Positions 59,876-64,000 of a stretch of DNA of 64,000 nucleotides are shown piece by piece. How positions within the stretch are numbered: position 1 is the stretch's first letter; every line of letters starts with the position of its first letter. Where the stretch lies: NCBI GenBank assembly GCA_963663805.2, contig CAXXMR010000011.1, positions 116,511 through 180,510 of the forward strand. The letters are read 5' to 3'. The position numbers and the translations under genes are program-made. The notes under the pieces are model-generated. The model saw nothing but the letters and a program-made list of their open reading frames with translations. It ran no database searches and was not told the origin of the DNA. Source of the DNA: Sedimentisphaerales bacterium. GTDB taxonomy: Bacteria > Planctomycetota > Phycisphaerae > Sedimentisphaerales > SM23-30.

Positions 59876-60948
59876 TTAACGTTTTACTCTTGCGTTGCCG
59901 TCCCAGATGCTCCACAGTTGCTCTTCATCTGCCGGTTGAGCGTAATCGGTCAGCATGGTCGCGGCGAGTGCCCCGCTGGCCCAGCCGAACCGGGCACAAT
60001 CCTGTACGCTCCAGCCTTTGAGGATGCCGTAGAGCAGGCCGCCCACAAAACCGTCACCGCCGCCGATGCGGTCGAGCACGCCGATTTCGCGAGGTTTGAT
60101 AACTTCCCATTCCCTGCCGTTAGTGACAACCGCACCCCACATATGGCAGTTCGCCGAAACAACCTCGCGGAGCGTCGTGCCAAAATAAGTAGCGTTGGGA
60201 TAGGCTGATTGCACCCTGCCAATCATTTCTTTGAATCCCTCGATTTTCGCGTCCAGCCCCTGCCCGCCCGCTTCAGGGCCTTTGATGCCCAGACAAAGCT
60301 GGAAGTCTTCTTCGTTGCCGATGAGTATATCGCTGCGTGAAGCGATTTCCGCGAAGGCCTGTGAGAGTTCCTGTTCCCTGCCTTTCCAGAAACTCGCTCT
60401 ATGGTTCAGGTCGAACGAAATCAGCGAACCGTTTTCCTTTGCGATACGGGCGATGTCGAGGCAGAATTGACTGGTCTTGGGCGACAATGCCGCGATAAGC
60501 CCCGAAAGATGTACGATCGTGGCACCTTCCTGCCCGAAGATTCTGTCGAGGTCAAAATGTTCGACGCTCAGCTCACGACCGACTTCGCCGGCCCGGTCAT
60601 TTTGTACCCTTGGCCCGCGCGAGCCCCAGCCGCTGTCAGCCATGTTAATCTGATGGCGATAGCCCCAGGGTTGCCCTGTTCAAATTCCGGCCCTTCAAAA
60701 TCCATCCGCCGGCTGCCGAGATCATCCTTAATGAAATGCGAAACCGGACTGCCTTTGACAAACGCCGTCAGCACTTTCACCGGCATACCGAGGTACGATG
60801 ATACGCTGGCGACATTACTTTCGGCGCTGGTGGCCTGCATTTTGAATGTGTCACTGCAATGGAAGGGCTGCGAATCGACCGGGGTCAGGCGAACGCCCAT
60901 GCTGGTCGGCACGATCATGGAATATTTTTTTGCGTTTTTTTGTGTCAT
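59876..60948 (-). pseudogene. PfkB-family sugar-acid kinase (KdgK-like) with one apparent frameshift (probably sequencing error)
   Basis: Two overlapping ORFs; adding one base to the GGG run at 60668-60670 restores GNPWGYRHQINMAD; DRIGGGDGF PfkB signature. Confidence 0.8.
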
Positions 60949-60959
60949 TTTATTTACCT

Positions 60960-62229
60960 TTATTTGAATCTGTCCTTCCCGGCCCAGAGGCCCATGCCGG
61001 GGTTTGAGATATAGAAGATTTCTTCGCCATTGACCGTATTATAACCATCTTTGAGTTTGTGTGGGTCATAAACTTTCAATATTTTTTCGAGGTTGGCATA
61101 GGCGAAGTTCGCTTTTTCGATTTCCTCGCGACCCAGCTTGCCGGGGCAGTATGTGACCTTGAACCGTCCTTCACTCGAACCGTGAATAAGGTGAGCCGCG
61201 GCACTGAGATTCGCGCGGAGATCATCATTTTTGCCTACCCAGTCGAGTACCCGCTCAGTGCCGAAATAGCCGTATTTACGAATCAGCCGGTCAATTTCCC
61301 TGTCTTCGCCGAACTCTTTCAGTCCCGGGGCAAGGACAATCAACTCACCTCCGTCGGCCATTGCCATCCGCGTGCGGTAGATGCTCTTATTGCCCAGCCA
61401 GGTGCTTTTGAATTCTTCCGGTTCCAGATAGACCACGACTTTTTTCAAGGGGTTCATCCAGCATCTGAAAATTAACCTTCAGCGACAGCTCCGCCGCTTT
61501 GAGAAAACATTCCCGGTCACTGCCGATATACAGCCCGCGCGTTACCGGCCCGTCGTCAGTGGCGGCAACCACCGTCTGGACATACACCAACGGTAAATCC
61601 GACGCGAAATGTTTTTCAGCGTAGTTCAGCACCTGACGGACAGGATTGGTCGGCTCGGCCCCATGATGCGTTCCATACCGTAGGCGGCCCCGAGGAAGTG
61701 GCTTTTATTGATTCCTTCGACGCCGCCGGTGCCAACGAAAATATTTTTGTTGTAGTTGGCCATGCCGATTACTTCATGCGGAACCACCTGGCCGACCGAG
61801 AGCATCAAATCAAAATCACCTTCAACCAACAGTTTCGCAACCTGTGCCGGCCAGTCGTAATTTACGCGCCCTTCACTTATTTCGTGCAGAAATTCGCCCG
61901 GCACATTACCCAGTGTCACCACGCCGTTACGCCAGTCGTGTTTGCGAAACAGGTTTGTCGGCATCGCACCGAACATGCGTTTGATTTCCGGTTCGGTCAT
62001 GGGGAAATGCGTACCCAGAGCCCGGCAGAATATCGGTCATTTTGTCGCCGTAATATTGCCAGGCCATTTCGGTCAGTTCGCCCGCCCGCGAATAAAAACG
62101 CGTAATGTCCGGCGGAATCGCCAGCACTTTATTCCTCCCGCCAAGCTTGTCCAATGCTGCGTAAAGACCCGCCTTCAGGTCGTCAGCGGTCAAATTGTCA
62201 GTTTCGCTTCCGCGTGCGTAAAGCAGCAT
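60960..62229 (-). pseudogene. LarA (lactate racemase)/DUF2088-family epimerase, GntE-like, split by about 4 single-base insertions (probably sequencing error)
   Basis: PPDITR, restored PALGTH, VVPHEVIG; four consecutive ORF fragments join after removing one base near 62022, 61660, 61648 and 61450. Confidence 0.75.
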
Positions 62230-62245
62230 GATTTTATTCCCTCAA

Positions 62246-63066
62246 CTAAACACCGCTAAATGCACTGAACCCACCGTCCACAGGTACGACGATGCCGGTT
62301 ACAAATTTCGAGGCCTCCGAGAGCAGCCATTGCACCGTGCCGCCAAGTTCTTCGGCCTGCCCGAAACGCCCCATGGGAGTATGGTCCACAATCGTTTGGC
62401 CGCGGTCGGTTAACTGTCCCGTCTTTTCTTCGGTCAGCAGAAAGCGGTTTTGTTCGGTCAGGAAAAACCCCGGCGCGATAGCGTTTACGCGAATATCTTT
62501 GGAGTAATTCTGACACATGTGTACCGCCAGCCACTGGGTAAAATTGCTGATGGCGGCTTTGGCGGCGGAATACGCGGCGATACGGGTGAGAGGCCGAAAA
62601 GCGTTCATGCTGGAAACGTTAAGGATGTTGCCGTGCCCCTTATCAGCCATTACTTTTCCGAACACCTGGCAGGGTAGTAAAGTACCGATGAAGTTCAAAT
62701 CAAATACAAACTTAATCGCGTCAGCAGGCATGTCGAAAAATGACATATCAGCCGTTGCGGTAGCTTCTTTCTTATTGCCGCCTGCCCCGTTAATGAGAAT
62801 ATCAACCGAGCTGAGTTTTTCAGTGACGGTCCGGGCAGCGGTCTCGACGCTGCTTTTTTCCAGCACGTTACATTGTACCGCTAGAGCAGTACCGCCGGCA
62901 TGGGTAATTTTATCAACGACCTTCTGGCCGTGTTTCCTGATGCAGGTCAAGAATAGCGACTTTAGCACCCACCGAAGCCAGATGTTTCGCCATCGCGCCG
63001 CAGAGTACCCCACCGCCCCCCGGTAACAGCGATTACTTTGTCTTTAAGGTCGAATAGTTCACTCAT
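62246..63066 (-). pseudogene. uxuB: SDR-family D-mannonate oxidoreductase (fructuronate reductase) with two apparent +1 frameshifts in the 5' part
   Basis: ATG 63066 MSELFDLKDKVIAVTG; restored TGGGGVLC; NGAGGN; YSAAK; APGFFLTEQNR; DGGFSAFSGV. Confidence 0.75.
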
Positions 63067-63084
63067 CCGATTATGTTCCTTTTG

Positions 63085-64000
63085 TTATAATGCGAATATT
63101 CTGCGGATATGACGGTCCATTATATTCTCGAAAACATTTTTCGCTACGGATTCTTCGTGGTTTTTCAGAGCGCTCAGATATTCATCGCCCAGCTCCGCGG
63201 CGACTTTATAGCCCACGTGCAGCAGTTGGCGGAAATTGGGATTATAATCACCGCAGCTTTGGTCATGACGCAGCGTTCGGGCAAACTTTGGTCCGTCCCA
63301 GTTTTTTACTTCGTCGGGGCTGGGCAGATTGTTTTTGTTAATATCAATCACCGTGGCATAAGGGCCGCAAAGTTCATCAAAACGCCCTAACGCATTACTA
63401 TACACTTTTTGAGCGATAGTCAAGCCATCGTCGCCCGCCTCTGCCAGGCCGATAAGTTCCTCCAGCCAGGTCGTACCCGCGGTTTTGAGGTGCAGCCCCG
63501 CGCCAAATTTGCGGATAGCGCTACCGATAGGACCGTAGATGGAGAACTTATCCGACCCGCCTGTGTACGCTGAGTTTCAGGTCCGCCGGCAAGCAAAACT
63601 CTTTCACCGCATAAGCGATAACCGCCAGGTCCTGCTCGAATTCACGAGTAAACTGCTCAACATCACCGACATAATCGACACCTTTATTGAACCTGCCGGT
63701 GAACTTGGGTGCTATAGTCTGGGCGGGGATGTCTTCCTCGGCGACCGCCAGCAGAATAAACAGCATCTCCACCGGCGTTTGCGGCAGGTCGGTTTCGTCC
63801 ATGGAAATTTCAGTGACGAAATTGCCTTTACCCTTGGCCGCTTCGATATGGCGATAAATCCTGCCGGCTTCCTTAACTGCTCGCAATACCTTGCCGGCAA
63901 TGGCCTCGACCTGCTCAGCTGTAATCTCCAGCGGCACATCAATACCGGGAATAGTCAGTTCGCCCACAAAACGCGAGCAACTGCCCAAAAATGCCGCCAA
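63085..64000 (-). pseudogene. uxaE: Tagaturonate/fructuronate epimerase (5' part outside window), one apparent +1 frameshift
   Basis: EISMDET; APKFTGRFNKGVDY; removing one base near 63560 restores LSVHSGSDKFSIY; HLKTAGTTWLE. Confidence 0.85.

Noticed and set aside
60668..63561. Programmed frameshifting or phase variation in the hexuronate operon
   Set aside because: Runs are short (2-6 nt), there are several indels per gene, and no slippery-site or stimulator pattern is present.

Overview
Bacterial chromosomal segment whose protein families (prepilin-type N-methyl/H-X9-DG proteins, LamG proteins ending in a D-x-N-x-D-C...WL tail) point to a planctomycete, probably Phycisphaerae/Sedimentisphaerales (inference). 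Main observation: two independent glycan-utilisation loci (1-14.7 kb and 35.8-48.7 kb) share one blueprint. Each runs sugar-sensing regulator -> pilin-like protein with an almost identical 28-aa N-terminus and unrelated C-terminus -> secreted non-catalytic LamG protein -> stem-loop -> enzymes carrying the same locus-specific LamG module -> inner-membrane transporter(s), with no SusC/SusD or TonB receptor in either locus. Locus 1 targets sialic/nonulosonic acid glycans (2 sialidases, sulfatase, GH1, aldolase, NanM-SSS fusion). Locus 2 targets phosphodiester-linked substrates (2 EEP enzymes, GH39-like enzyme, GlpT-type MFS, SSS, GDPD). The window also holds a nested IS21-in-IS66 with a 119-bp empty-site/filled-site duplication and a truncated C26 peptidase gene, an M16 protease, a two-component pair, GH116+RbsD/FucU, AraC-thuA-oxidoreductase, divergent nrpR/gdhA with palindromic operator candidates, deoC, tRNA-Thr(CGT), IS1634, and a hexuronate operon (uxaE-uxuB-LarA family-kinase-gnd-uxaC). 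That operon carries about 8 clustered single-base indels that look like sequencing errors.
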